Of a DNA stretch of 32,000 bases, positions 9,292 through 19,601 are shown in pieces. The notes below the pieces were generated by a model. It ran no database searches, had not been told where the DNA came from, and saw nothing but the letters and a program-made list of their open reading frames with translations. The DNA lies in assembly GCF_900187275.1 (NCBI RefSeq), contig NZ_LT906458.1, positions 1,680,001-1,712,000 of the forward strand, written 5' to 3'. The position numbers and the translations under genes are program-made. Position 1 is the first letter of the stretch. Each line of letters begins with the position of its first letter. The stretch is from Pasteurella multocida (GTDB lineage: Bacteria > Pseudomonadota > Gammaproteobacteria > Enterobacterales > Pasteurellaceae).

Positions 9292-10806
9292 ATGGCGAAA
9301 CTATTGGAAATGAAAAACATCACAAAAAAATTTGGTGATGTTGTTGCTTTAAATAATATTTCCATTTCGCTAGAAATGGGAGAGGTCCTTTCCCTCTGTG
9401 GCGAAAATGGTTCTGGCAAATCGACCTTAATGAAAGTGCTATGTGGGATTTATCCATATGGTGACTATGAAGGTGAAATTTACTTTTTAAATGAGCGTCT
9501 TATCGCAAAAAATATTAGAGAAACGGAAGAAAAAGGCATTTCAATTATTCATCAAGAACTCGCGTTAGTAAAGAATATGTCTATTCTTGAAAACATGTTT
9601 TTGGGTAATGAAATGACACAACTAGGATTAACCAATGACAATGAAATGTATCTTCGCTGTAAAACATTATTACAACAAGTACAATTGGATGTCGATCCCA
9701 ATACAAAAGTAAAAGAACTCGGTCTAGGTCAACAGCAGCTTGTAGAAATCGCCAAAGCGCTAAATAAAAAAGTTCGTTTACTTATCCTCGATGAACCCAG
9801 TGCCTCACTGACAGAAAAAGAAACAGCAATTCTATTAAATCTTATTAAAGATCTGCAAGCTCAGAATATTGCCTGTATTTATATCTCGCATAAACTAAAC
9901 GAAGTAAAAGCTATCTCCGACAATATCTGTATCATTCGTGATGGTGAACATATTGGTACACATCCGACAAGAGAAATGAGTGAAGATAACATTATTTCTA
10001 TGATGGTTGGCAGAGAAATCACCTCTCTTTATCCTCACGAACCCCATTCTATTGGCGAAGAAATTCTACGTGTTGAAAATTTAACAGCATGGCATCCAAC
10101 AAATACACATATTAAACGTGTCGATAATGCAAATTTTTCCTTACATAAAGGTGAAATTCTTGGTGTAGCAGGGTTAGTTGGTTCAGGACGTACAGAAATG
10201 GCACAATGCATTTTTGGTTCCTATGCGGGAAAATATCAAGGCAATATTCTCCTTGAGAATCAGCCTATCCAGATTAAAAATTGTGCTCAGGCTATTGCAA
10301 ATCAGATTGTCATGGTGCCAGAGGATCGTAAAAAACACGGTATTATTCCAATCATGGGAGTAGGTCACAACATTACCCTTTCATCACTCCCCCAATTCTG
10401 CTTTCGTAAAAAAATCATTAATGCACCACTTGAAGAAACAATTATCAATCAATCCATTGCTAAACTTACAGTCAAAACATCATCAACACAACTTGCAATC
10501 GGGCGCTTAAGTGGAGGCAACCAACAAAAAGCTGTTCTAGCAAAATGTTTACTATTAAACCCTAAAATTTTGATCTTAGATGAGCCAACAAGAGGAATTG
10601 ATGTAGGTGCAAAATATGAAATTTATAAGTTAATTAACCAACTTGCTAAAGAAGGTATGGCGATTATTGTCATTTCGTCTGAATTACCTGAAGTACTTGG
10701 CATCAGCGATCGTATCTTAGTCATGCATCAGGGAAAAATCAAAGCAGATCTTGTTAATCGCAATCTGACCCAAGAACAAGTCATGGAAGCGGCGCTTAAG
10801 GAGTAA
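9292..10806 (+). CDS. xylG: D-xylose ABC transporter ATP-binding protein (duplicated ABC domains)
   Basis: A 504-aa [14 protein letters not shown]...[22 protein letters not shown] and LSGGNQQK match E. coli XylG closely. Confidence 0.95.
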   Translation: MAKLLEMKNITKKFGDVVALNNISISLEMGEVLSLCGENGSGKSTLMKVLCGIYPYGDYEGEIYFLNERLIAKNIRETEEKGISIIHQELALVKNMSILENMFLGNEMTQLGLTNDNEMYLRCKTLLQQVQLDVDPNTKVKELGLGQQQLVEIAKALNKKVRLLILDEPSASLTEKETAILLNLIKDLQAQNIACIYISHKLNEVKAISDNICIIRDGEHIGTHPTREMSEDNIISMMVGREITSLYPHEPHSIGEEILRVENLTAWHPTNTHIKRVDNANFSLHKGEILGVAGLVGSGRTEMAQCIFGSYAGKYQGNILLENQPIQIKNCAQAIANQIVMVPEDRKKHGIIPIMGVGHNITLSSLPQFCFRKKIINAPLEETIINQSIAKLTVKTSSTQLAIGRLSGGNQQKAVLAKCLLLNPKILILDEPTRGIDVGAKYEIYKLINQLAKEGMAIIVISSELPEVLGISDRILVMHQGKIKADLVNRNLTQEQVMEAALKE

Positions 10807-10809
10807 TCA

Positions 10810-11937
10810 ATGCAGAAATTAAAATCCATTAATTTACAAGTTTATATCATGTTTATTGCCATCGTGATCATTATGACATTTTTCTCATTGGCAACTGACG
10901 GTGCCTATTTAAGTGCAAGAAATATATCAAATTTACTACGTCAAACATCAATTACTGGTATTTTAGCGATTGGGATGGTGTTTATTATTATCTCTGCAGA
11001 AATTGATTTATCCGTAGGTTCCTTAATGGGACTACTCGGTGGTTTTGCTGCTATTACTAATGTCTGGTGGCATTGGCCATTACCGCTAACTATCTTAATT
11101 ACGTTAATGTTAGGACTTATATTGGGTGCATGGAATGGCTGGTGGGTCGCTTATCAGAAAGTCCCTTCCTTCATCGTCACGTTAGCCGGTATGTTAGCCT
11201 TTCGGGGGATTTTAATTGGTTTAACCAATGGCACTACAGTTTCGCCAATTAGTTCAGACATGACATCTATCGGACAAGGCTATTTGCCAGATATTTTAGG
11301 TATGCTCTTAGCTACATTTGTCCTGTTCTGTTTTATTGTCTGGGGAGGCTATCAACGTAAAGCTCGTCAAAAACTGAATTTACCTGTACAGTCGGTCACG
11401 AAAGAAACGCTCACATATGCAACAGTCGCAATCTTAGTCCTTGGTGCAATTTACTTATTAAATACTTATCGAGGAGTCCCATTTCCAGTATTAGTACTCG
11501 CTTTACTAACTATCATTGGTGCATTTCTAGCCAGAAAAACCGCTTTTGGTCGTCATGTTTATGCGATTGGTGGCAATATTGAGGCAGCAAGATTATCTGG
11601 CATTAGTGTAGAAAAAGTAAAAATGACAATTTTTGCATTAAATGGTTTTTTAGTGGCGATTGCAGGTTTAATCTTAAGTGCGCGTTTAGGTGCTGGGGCG
11701 CCCTCTGCTGGTCAAAATGCAGAGCTGGATGCCATTGCCGCTTGTGTGATTGGTGGCGCCAGTCTCGCTGGTGGTATCGGAACGATTTATGGTGTCGTAA
11801 TAGGCGCATTTATTATCGCGTTACTTGATAATGGAATGAGTATGTTAGATGTCCCGACTTTCTGGCAATATATCGTAAAAGGTGGGATTCTACTCCTTGC
11901 CGTATGGCTTGATACCATCAGTAAAAAGAAAATGTAA
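10810..11937 (+). CDS. xylH: D-xylose ABC transporter permease
   Basis: A 375-aa polytopic ORF of the RbsC/XylH permease family, 3 nt downstream of xylG. Confidence 0.9.
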   Translation: MQKLKSINLQVYIMFIAIVIIMTFFSLATDGAYLSARNISNLLRQTSITGILAIGMVFIIISAEIDLSVGSLMGLLGGFAAITNVWWHWPLPLTILITLMLGLILGAWNGWWVAYQKVPSFIVTLAGMLAFRGILIGLTNGTTVSPISSDMTSIGQGYLPDILGMLLATFVLFCFIVWGGYQRKARQKLNLPVQSVTKETLTYATVAILVLGAIYLLNTYRGVPFPVLVLALLTIIGAFLARKTAFGRHVYAIGGNIEAARLSGISVEKVKMTIFALNGFLVAIAGLILSARLGAGAPSAGQNAELDAIAACVIGGASLAGGIGTIYGVVIGAFIIALLDNGMSMLDVPTFWQYIVKGGILLLAVWLDTISKKKM

Positions 11938-11961
11938 TTTACATTCTAATTCCTCTCCAAA

Positions 11962-12007
11962 TCCACCGCACTTTGCTTGGCTTAACGAAAGTGCGGTGGA
12001 CTTTTTA
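11962..12007 (+). terminator. USS-pair rho-independent terminator after xylH
   Basis: tccaccgcacttt (11962-11974) pairs with aaagtgcggtgga (11988-12000), followed by cttttta. Confidence 0.8.
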
Positions 12008-12063
12008 TCATTTTGCTAAGTTTATTTTTTTATCTTATAGTGAAACAAGCAAAGGAGATAAAA

Positions 12064-13233
12064 ATGTCAGAACAACCTTACAAAGTTGCCTTGCTGTTTA
12101 ATGCAAATAAGATTTATGATCGTGGGGTCATTAAAGGTATTGGACAGTATATTCAAGCATCGCAATGTACATGGGATATTTTTATGGAAGATGATTTCGT
12201 TTACCACAAAGAAGATATCCGAAACTTATCCATTGACGGTATTATCGCTGACTTTGATGATATTGAAACTGCAGAATTGCTCCATAACATTGAAGTTCCC
12301 ATTATTGCTGTAGGTGGTTCATACCAGAATCCGGCATATTATCCAGATCTGCCTTATGTGGCAACAGACAATTATGCGCTAATCGAAACCGCATTTCTTC
12401 ACCTAAAACAAAAAGGAATTAATCGTTTTGCTTTTTATGGTTATCCTGCTGAAAGCGAAAAACATTGGTCACTAGAAAGACAAAATGCGTTTATCCATTT
12501 AATGCGGCATTATGAGCATGAACCTCAATATTATCTCGGAGATAAAACGAACTCACAAAATTGGCTAGAATCACAAAATAAGCTTTGTGAATGGTTAAAA
12601 ACACTTGCAAAACACACTGGGATTATTGCGGTAACGGATGCTCGAGCAAGGCATTTATTACAAGCTTGTGAACAGCTCAAAATCGTTGTCCCTGACGAGC
12701 TTTGTATTATTGGTATTGATAATGAAGAGTTAATTCAATATTTATCAAGAACCTCACTTTCCTCTGTTGTACAAGGAACCAGTCAAATTGGTTATCAAGC
12801 AGCTAAACTTCTTCACCAAAAACTCAGTGGACAGCCTGTATCACATAAGCCCATCTTAATCCCACCCATCAGTGTAGAAGAACGCCGCTCAACGGATTAT
12901 CGCTCTTTACAAGATCCTTTCGTTATTCAAGCGATGCATTTTATTCGCCATCGCGCTTGCCAAGGCATTAAGACAGAACAAGTGTTAGATCATTTACGCA
13001 TATCTCGTTCAAATTTAGAACAACGTTTTAAAACAGAAATGGATAAGACGATTCATCAAGTTATTCATGAAGAAAAGCTCAGTCGAGCGCAATATATGTT
13101 ACGCTTTACTGACGTTTCTACTCAAGAAATCGCTGAAATATGTGGCTATCCTTCACTACAATATTTTTATGCTGTCTTTAAAAGAGAATACGGTAAAACC
13201 CCAAAAGAATTTAGATTAAAATCATCTTTTTAA
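12064..13233 (+). CDS. xylR: Xylose operon activator, AraC family with a periplasmic-binding-protein-like N-terminal domain
   Basis: About 390 aa. It has the XylR architecture and a C-terminal AraC HTH (QEIAEICGYPSLQYFYAVFKREYGKTPKEFR). The start is set at ATG 12064, preceded by AAGGAGAT; the ORF-track start at 12013 is a TTG inside the terminator tail. Confidence 0.9.
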   Translation: MSEQPYKVALLFNANKIYDRGVIKGIGQYIQASQCTWDIFMEDDFVYHKEDIRNLSIDGIIADFDDIETAELLHNIEVPIIAVGGSYQNPAYYPDLPYVATDNYALIETAFLHLKQKGINRFAFYGYPAESEKHWSLERQNAFIHLMRHYEHEPQYYLGDKTNSQNWLESQNKLCEWLKTLAKHTGIIAVTDARARHLLQACEQLKIVVPDELCIIGIDNEELIQYLSRTSLSSVVQGTSQIGYQAAKLLHQKLSGQPVSHKPILIPPISVEERRSTDYRSLQDPFVIQAMHFIRHRACQGIKTEQVLDHLRISRSNLEQRFKTEMDKTIHQVIHEEKLSRAQYMLRFTDVSTQEIAEICGYPSLQYFYAVFKREYGKTPKEFRLKSSF

Positions 13234-13241
13234 CCATCATT

Positions 13242-14231
13242 TCAACGGTTTGATTCTTGTGTTGTAATAAAGTGTTGCAGTGTTTCATAACTCACTGCAC
13301 CGCCCGTTGCGGACATGGAGAATAAATTGAAGTACGCTAACCCGTGACCGAGTTTGAGTACTTCAACTAAAGGTAAGCCATGATGTAAACCATAAAGCAC
13401 CCCTGTACAGAAAGCATCACCTGCCCCTAAGGTACTCACGATATTTTGTTTTTCTACCCAGTACGAAGGTATCGCAACCTGTTCACCTTGTTGATTCATT
13501 GCAACAGCCCATTTAGGCTCATGGATGATCACCGTATCACGCACGCCCAATACCATCATTTGCTCCGCCATGCGCTGTAACACAGTTTTGCTCGATGCGA
13601 ATGCCTCTGAATTGGTCAACCATTTGGCTTCAATATCATTAATAATCACATAATCCACATAAGGCAAAATTGGCAGGATTTGTTGAGTAAAGATCTGTTT
13701 ATTCGCTACGGAAACTAAATCAATGGAAATGAGAAAGCCTTTTTGTTGCAGACTGGTCAGCGTGTGTTTTAACACCTCTACATCAAGCAATTTAGGCAAT
13801 AGCGGTAAATAAGCGATGTGGGCAATTTTCGCGGGATGATCAATTTGCAAAATATGTGCTGCTTGATATTCTGCCATTGCGCCAACGTAATGGAAAAACG
13901 TACGATCACCAGTTTGTGAATTGATCATCACATCAGTAAATGAGGTTGGTAGAGCTAACTGAACTACATTGTCAACATTAATATGATGCTGCTTAGCTTG
14001 TTGTAAAATCAACTGTCCTTCGCCATCTTGACCAATGGCACCGGCAAGAAAAAGCGGTAAACGTGGATCAAGTTTTGCCAAATTAAATAACACATTGGTA
14101 CAACCGCCGCCACAATGGAGCTCCATGTTAGAAATCGTGGCTAACATGGACTCTTGTGGATAATCCGAAATCAGTAGGGCACGATCCACTAATAAATTAC
14201 CGATGGCGAGAATGCCATTACGTTGTTGCAT
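13242..14231 (-). CDS. PfkB/ribokinase-family sugar(-phosphate) kinase
   Basis: A 329-aa ORF with the N-terminal GG motif (HCGGGCTNV) and the C-terminal TLGAGDAF anion-hole motif typical of PfkB kinases. Its start overlaps the aldolase stop by 14 nt. Confidence 0.85.
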   Translation of the reverse strand: MQQRNGILAIGNLLVDRALLISDYPQESMLATISNMELHCGGGCTNVLFNLAKLDPRLPLFLAGAIGQDGEGQLILQQAKQHHINVDNVVQLALPTSFTDVMINSQTGDRTFFHYVGAMAEYQAAHILQIDHPAKIAHIAYLPLLPKLLDVEVLKHTLTSLQQKGFLISIDLVSVANKQIFTQQILPILPYVDYVIINDIEAKWLTNSEAFASSKTVLQRMAEQMMVLGVRDTVIIHEPKWAVAMNQQGEQVAIPSYWVEKQNIVSTLGAGDAFCTGVLYGLHHGLPLVEVLKLGHGLAYFNLFSMSATGGAVSYETLQHFITTQESNR

Positions 14232-15102
14232 ATAAATGCGCCTTATTGATGCTATTAAAGATGTTCATTTGCTCTGCAACTGTGTCAGAAATCGCCTGTT
14301 GCATACGGTTCATCATAATCAGGTAATAATGATATTTTGTTTCGAGATCGGTATGTTGCATATCTTTTTCAAGTGACTGTAACGCCGCTTGTGACATGCC
14401 TGTAAAGAAATTAATTTTGCAAATGCCACGTTGAATCGTTTTGCGGAAATCGTCAGCACTTAATCCCGAACCTCCGTGTAATACTAACGGGACAGAAACC
14501 GCTTGGTGAATTTGCGCCAGACGTTCAAAATCTAACTTAGGTACACCTTTATATTTACCATGGGTATTCCCAATCGCAACAGCGAGGGCATCAATGCCTG
14601 TTTCGCGCACAAACTCCACAGCCTGTTCAACATTGGTATAAAGCGCCACATCAGCACAACTTTCTAACGCGCCATGTTCATCTCCCCCCACTGCACCAAG
14701 TTCACCTTCAACAGAAATACCATAATTTTGACAAAGTTCGACAACTTTACGAGTTTGCGCAATATTTTCTGCGTAAGTAAGTGAGGAGCCATCAAACATA
14801 ATGGAAGAAAAACCACATTTAATTGCACGCTCAACGGTGGAAAACGTCAATCCATGATCTAAATTTAAGCACACGGGGACACCTGCTAACATAGCTTTTT
14901 TCTTGATATATTCAGCGGTGGATTCTAAATCAATATACGTTAAATGCACTTCAGCCACATTAATAATTACCGGTGACTGATTTTGTTGTGCTGCAGTAAA
15001 CACTGCATCAATAAAATTTGAGTCAATCGCATTAAATGCCCCGACCGCAAATTGATGTTGATTTGCGATGGAAAGCATTGACTTTAAGTTCAATAATCCC
15101 AT
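14218..15102 (-). CDS. Class II (metal-dependent) ketose-bisphosphate aldolase, FbaA/GatY/KbaY family
   Basis: A 294-aa ORF with NLDHG, EGELG, IGNTHGKY and LVLHGGSG motifs in the canonical order of class II FBP/tagatose-bisphosphate aldolases. Confidence 0.88.
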   Translation of the reverse strand: MGLLNLKSMLSIANQHQFAVGAFNAIDSNFIDAVFTAAQQNQSPVIINVAEVHLTYIDLESTAEYIKKKAMLAGVPVCLNLDHGLTFSTVERAIKCGFSSIMFDGSSLTYAENIAQTRKVVELCQNYGISVEGELGAVGGDEHGALESCADVALYTNVEQAVEFVRETGIDALAVAIGNTHGKYKGVPKLDFERLAQIHQAVSVPLVLHGGSGLSADDFRKTIQRGICKINFFTGMSQAALQSLEKDMQHTDLETKYHYYLIMMNRMQQAISDTVAEQMNIFNSINKAHLYATT

Positions 15103-15103
15103 G

Positions 15104-15787
15104 TTATGCTCCTGCTAAATACTGAGGGTAATCACTACAAAGTAAATGAAGAGGGGGTTCATCTTCCTCAATGTGTGAAAAACGACCCAACTGTGCTAAA
15201 AAACGATTATCGGTTAAATCGTCATTTGCCATAGACACTTCCCCTGCTAATACCACACCATCCTCAGCCCAAAAGCTATGATACAAGAAAGGGGTTAAAC
15301 AAATACTTTGTCCCGGTTTAAGTTTGACTAAACCACCTGCATTGACCGTGATCTGCTTGCCATCCACCGCCACTTGAATAGTCGATTTTTCATCTAACAA
15401 ATCCGTTTGTTCATCACGTCGATACAAACGAATCACCAAGGTACCACCACCTCGATTAATAATATCTTCCATCTTTTTCCAATGGTAATGCATCGGGGTG
15501 ACTTGCCCCTCTTTTACCATCATAATTTTTTCCGCATAGGGTTTCTGATTAGTGGGAGATTGATTACGAATAGTAAATAACGTTAAACCATATTTCGCAA
15601 AATCATTCAAATTGAAATCCGTGACATCCCAACCAAGACGCGCATCTAATACTTCTTGTTGGCTTACTAAATCGGCGAGTTTCCAATCCGCCAAACGGTA
15701 ATCTGCAAATTCGGGCAAATAAAAACAATGACGTTGCATCAATGCCTTAAATTCGCCTAATACTTGGTTAATTTCAGAACGTTTCAT
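15104..15787 (-). CDS. Cupin-type D-lyxose/D-mannose ketol-isomerase family protein
   Basis: A 227-aa ORF. Its length and sequence (MHYHWKKMEDIINRGGG..., LTPFLYHSFWAE) fit my recollection of the D-lyxose isomerase family exemplified by E. coli O157 Z5688. The stop is 1 nt from the aldolase start. Confidence 0.75.
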   Translation of the reverse strand: MKRSEINQVLGEFKALMQRHCFYLPEFADYRLADWKLADLVSQQEVLDARLGWDVTDFNLNDFAKYGLTLFTIRNQSPTNQKPYAEKIMMVKEGQVTPMHYHWKKMEDIINRGGGTLVIRLYRRDEQTDLLDEKSTIQVAVDGKQITVNAGGLVKLKPGQSICLTPFLYHSFWAEDGVVLAGEVSMANDDLTDNRFLAQLGRFSHIEEDEPPLHLLCSDYPQYLAGA

Positions 15788-15840
15788 CGCTTATCCCCCT
15801 TAGAGAAACCCCATCAAAGTGCGGTCAATTTAACGAAATT

Positions 15841-16752
15841 TTATTTTTCCAGTGGCCATAGCCATGCCGCACCACGCACGCCACTGGAATCACCATGTAA
15901 TGCCTTGCGAATAGGAGTATGGAACTCATGACCAAAAATATACTGTGGCATCAGCTTAGGCACATTGGTGTAAAGTCTATCAACATTACACACACCACCT
16001 GCGAAGACAATCACATCAGGATCGAGCATATTGACATAAGAGGACAACGCTTTCGCCAAGCGACGTTCATAAGCTTGGAAGGATTGTTCGGCTAGCGTAT
16101 CGCCTTGCTCAGCTAAAGCAAGAATCTCATCTCCTTTCAAACGTTTTCCCGAACGACGCTCATAATCATCACACAGCCCTGTGCCTGACACAAATTGTTC
16201 AATACAACCGTGTTTACCACAATAACATGGTGTTTGTTGCGCAACGGCTTTTTCTTCATCGTCCATCCAAGGCAAAGGATTGTGTCCCCATTCTCCCCCG
16301 ATACCATTACCACCATGATGTGGTTTACCATGAATCACAATGCCTGAACCGCATCCTGTTCCTAAAATTAACGCCAACACGACCGCACTTCCTGCTCCTG
16401 CACCGTCTGTGGCTTCGGATACTGTCATGCAATTTGCATCATTGGCAATACGGACTTCGCGTCCCAGTAAGCGACAAAGATCTTTGTCTAATGGTTGACC
16501 ATTTAACCACACGGAATTAGCATTTTTCACTTTATGACTAAACGGCGAAATCGTCCCTGGAATGCCAATACCCACCGTACCTGTTTGTCCCGTTGCTTGT
16601 TCCGCATCATCTACCAGCCCTTTAATTGCAGCTAATGTTGCTTCATAAGACCCTCTTGGTGTAGGTACTCGTTTTCTGAATAACTCTTTGCCTTCATTAG
16701 AAAGGGCGATCACTTCAATTTTCGTGCCACCCAGATCGATGCCAATACGCAT
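15841..16752 (-). CDS. mak: ROK-family manno(fructo)kinase
   Basis: A 303-aa [19 protein letters not shown]..., GIPG.ISP....VKNANS.WLNGQP.DKDL, CYCGK.GCIE.F.SGTG and [15 protein letters not shown] align along the full length with E. coli Mak (YajF). Confidence 0.88.
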   Translation of the reverse strand: MRIGIDLGGTKIEVIALSNEGKELFRKRVPTPRGSYEATLAAIKGLVDDAEQATGQTGTVGIGIPGTISPFSHKVKNANSVWLNGQPLDKDLCRLLGREVRIANDANCMTVSEATDGAGAGSAVVLALILGTGCGSGIVIHGKPHHGGNGIGGEWGHNPLPWMDDEEKAVAQQTPCYCGKHGCIEQFVSGTGLCDDYERRSGKRLKGDEILALAEQGDTLAEQSFQAYERRLAKALSSYVNMLDPDVIVFAGGVCNVDRLYTNVPKLMPQYIFGHEFHTPIRKALHGDSSGVRGAAWLWPLEK

Positions 16753-16840
16753 AACTACCTCATCGTTTTAGATTTTGTTTATTGATGAATACTCTTTCTG
16801 TTAGAAATTATATATACTTAAAAAATAATCTATTTAAGGC

Positions 16841-17572
16841 ATGGATATACAAATGCAACAAAATACTTCTCTTCTTGTCATTGATGATGATGTTCAAGTT
16901 TGTGAATTGCTTACCGATATTTTTGAGGAACATGGCTATACTGTTATGACGGCTCAAACCGGTCAGCAAGCGTTAGCTTTGTTGCAATCGACTCCGCACT
17001 TTTCATTAATTTTTCTTGATTTAATTCTGCCTGATGTAAATGGATTAATTCTCTTACAGCGTTTAAAAAGCCTGACCACTGCCCCTGTGATTATGTTAAG
17101 TGGGCTAGATTCTGAATCCGATATTGTTGTTGGCTTAGAAATGGGTGCTGATGACTACATCTCCAAACCCTTTTATCCTCGCGTGGTCGTTGCAAGAGCG
17201 AAAGTCGCGTTACGTCGCCATCAGCCACAACCTTTTTCAACCAGCGCCTCACATCAAGGTTTTACTTTTCATCATTGGGTGCTAGATACACAAAATCGGA
17301 AATTATATTCGCCACAAAAAGTGGATATTGAGCTGACGCAAGGAGAATACACCTTATTACACGCCTTAGTTTCTCATGCACAAAAAGTCCTTTCTCGTGA
17401 AAAGTTACTTGAACTGACACACACGGAAAGCTTAGAAATTTTTGACCGCACTGTCGACGTGCTCATTATGCGGTTACGTAAAAAAATTGAGCCTAACCCC
17501 AAGGCACCAACTTATATTCAAACTGTTCGCGGCATGGGTTATTTATTTGCCGTCGCGGTTGAGCGCTGTTAA
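16841..17572 (+). CDS. OmpR/PhoB-family response regulator (TorR/ArcA-like winged-helix output)
   Basis: A 243-aa ORF. REC domain: LLVIDDD...IFLDLILPDVNG...MLSG...GADDYISKPF. C-terminal trans_reg_C domain: LTQGEYTLL...SREKLL...RTVDVLIMRLRKKIE...IQTVRGMGY. An alternative start at ATG 16853 is possible. Confidence 0.9.
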   Translation: MDIQMQQNTSLLVIDDDVQVCELLTDIFEEHGYTVMTAQTGQQALALLQSTPHFSLIFLDLILPDVNGLILLQRLKSLTTAPVIMLSGLDSESDIVVGLEMGADDYISKPFYPRVVVARAKVALRRHQPQPFSTSASHQGFTFHHWVLDTQNRKLYSPQKVDIELTQGEYTLLHALVSHAQKVLSREKLLELTHTESLEIFDRTVDVLIMRLRKKIEPNPKAPTYIQTVRGMGYLFAVAVERC

Positions 17573-17600
17573 TGTCGCATGTTTAACCACAAATAATAAG

Positions 17601-17624
17601 CCCCCTCCCAAACTCAGGAGGGGG
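17601..17624. terminator. GC-rich hairpin between the convergent regulator and binding-protein genes
   Basis: ccccctcc (17601-17608) pairs with ggaggggg (17617-17624). The minus-strand side is followed by cttattatttg; there is no good T-run on the plus side. Confidence 0.6.
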
Positions 17625-17634
17625 AATCAGGTAA

Positions 17635-18564
17635 TTACTTCACAGTCCAACCTTTATAATCTTTAATGTTATCACGTGTAATTAAATGTACAGGAATTAA
17701 CACGGGGTCTTTCGGTGCTGGTTTGCCTTGTAAAATATCGTAACCAATTTTCACCGCTTCCGCTGCCATCACTTGTGGATCTTGTGCTGGTGTACCACGG
17801 AATAAGCTATCTGATAATTTCAAGGCTTCTTCACCATCTGGCGAGCCGTCCACACCCATAATGAAAAACTCATTACGTTGTGCTTGTTTTGCAGCTAAAT
17901 CTGCACCAATCGCCGTTGGGTCATTGATGGCGAACACCGCATCAATTTTCGGATGTGCAATTAATAATGAAGTCATCACTTCTAAACCACCTTCACGGCT
18001 ACCTTTCGCATTTTGGTTATGTGATAACACTTTGATGTCCGCGTGTTTAGCAAATACATCTTGGCAACCTTGTACACGATCTTGTACTGCAGATACTGGT
18101 GGTCCATTGATGATCACCACATTCCCTTTACCGTTAAGTTTTTCAACGATAGTTTGGCAAGCAATTTCACCCGCTTGGTAGTTATTTGAAGTGACTGTTG
18201 CGTCCGCGCCATCCGCTGCCACGTCAACTGCCACTACCACAATACCGGCTTTACGTGCACGCTCTACAGCAGGTCCAATCCCTTTAGAGTCCGCTGCGTT
18301 AAGGATAATCATGTCGGTTTTTGCCGCGATGAAGTTATCGATTTGTGCCACTTGTTGACCTAAATCGTAACCACTGGATACAGAAACAACGTTTACTTTG
18401 TCGCCAGCAAGCTCTTTTGCTTTTAACTCAGCCCCTTTCGCAATTTGTACGAAGAATGGGTTAGCGAGATCACCAACGGTCACACCGATCGATTTTAACT
18501 CTTTCGCTTGTGCAAAAGGTGCCATGGCTAACATTAAAGATACTGCTAATGTTTTTAATTTCAT
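17635..18564 (-). CDS. Monosaccharide ABC transporter periplasmic binding protein (RbsB/FrcB-like)
   Basis: A 309-aa ORF with a signal peptide (MKLKTLAVSLMLAMAPFAQA) and a type I PBP fold signature (IGVTVGDLANPFF, NAADSKG, INGPP). Confidence 0.88.
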   Translation of the reverse strand: MKLKTLAVSLMLAMAPFAQAKELKSIGVTVGDLANPFFVQIAKGAELKAKELAGDKVNVVSVSSGYDLGQQVAQIDNFIAAKTDMIILNAADSKGIGPAVERARKAGIVVVAVDVAADGADATVTSNNYQAGEIACQTIVEKLNGKGNVVIINGPPVSAVQDRVQGCQDVFAKHADIKVLSHNQNAKGSREGGLEVMTSLLIAHPKIDAVFAINDPTAIGADLAAKQAQRNEFFIMGVDGSPDGEEALKLSDSLFRGTPAQDPQVMAAEAVKIGYDILQGKPAPKDPVLIPVHLITRDNIKDYKGWTVK

Positions 18565-18591
18565 TATAACGTCTCCTATATTGGATGTTGT

Positions 18592-19563
18592 TTAAGCTGA
18601 ACGGGTACGGTATTTGTCGATCAATACTGCCACGATGATTACCCCACCTTTAATAACGAGCTGCCAGAAATATGACACTCCCATTAAAGTCATACCATTA
18701 TTTAAAGTCGCAATAATTAATGCACCGATGAGCGTCCCCGTAATGGTTCCGATACCGCCCACGAAACTCGTGCCACCTAAAATAACGGCTGCAATTGCAT
18801 CAAGTTCATAGCCTACACCAAGATTACCATTGGCGCTATACAAACGAGATGCACTCATTACGCCGCCTAAGCCAGATAATAATCCGCTGGCAGCGTAAAC
18901 GAAGATTAAGACTAAAGAGACTTTGATACCTGTTAAACGTGCAGCTTGCAAGTTCCCCCCGACCGCATAAATATGGGTGCCTAACGTCGTGCGACGTAAA
19001 ATAAACCAGCATACGGCAATCACGGCAAAGGCGATAATCACTAGCCAAGGTATCGAACCAAGATAACCATTTCCTATCCAACTGAATGAGATTTTAGAGT
19101 TGATCACCGTTGTCCCATCTGCTACTAAATAGGCCGCGCCACGTAATGCAGTATATGTACCTAGTGTGACAATAAATGGAGGTAGACCTGCATACGCAAC
19201 TAATAAACCATTAAATACCCCCATACCTAAACCCGCGAGTAACGCTAACGGGACCGCAAATTCTGCCAATGCGGGATTGAGCGAGGTAACCAGTCCAATC
19301 ACCGCCGTCACCCCTAAAATCGAACCAACGGAAAGGTCAATCCCGCCCGTTAAAATCACAAATGTCATCCCTGCGGCTAACACAATATTAATTGATGCCT
19401 GACGAGTAATATTCATCATATTGGCTTCTGTCATAAAGTTTGGTGCCACAAAAGAAAACACGATCACAATTAAAATCAAGATGGGTAAAATCCCCATTGC
19501 CTGCATCGCATCTGCAATTGCCAGTTTTTTAAAACCCGGTTTAACCGGTTGTGTTGTTCCCAT
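18592..19563 (-). CDS. Monosaccharide ABC transporter permease (RbsC-like)
   Basis: A 323-aa polytopic ORF. TGGIDLSVGS and AVILGGTSFVGGIGTI motifs are shared with XylH/RbsC. Confidence 0.9.
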   Translation of the reverse strand: MGTTQPVKPGFKKLAIADAMQAMGILPILILIVIVFSFVAPNFMTEANMMNITRQASINIVLAAGMTFVILTGGIDLSVGSILGVTAVIGLVTSLNPALAEFAVPLALLAGLGMGVFNGLLVAYAGLPPFIVTLGTYTALRGAAYLVADGTTVINSKISFSWIGNGYLGSIPWLVIIAFAVIAVCWFILRRTTLGTHIYAVGGNLQAARLTGIKVSLVLIFVYAASGLLSGLGGVMSASRLYSANGNLGVGYELDAIAAVILGGTSFVGGIGTITGTLIGALIIATLNNGMTLMGVSYFWQLVIKGGVIIVAVLIDKYRTRSA

Positions 19564-19601
19564 GGTTACTTCTCCTAAATGATGTTCTTTTTATCTCTTT
19601 A

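Noticed and set aside
16765-16782. Tandem hexamers gtttta-gatttt-gtttat in the mak/regulator divergent region, considered as an OmpR-family direct-repeat binding site
   Set aside because: This is low-complexity, AT-rich sequence. No consensus is known for this regulator, and such repeats are expected by chance.
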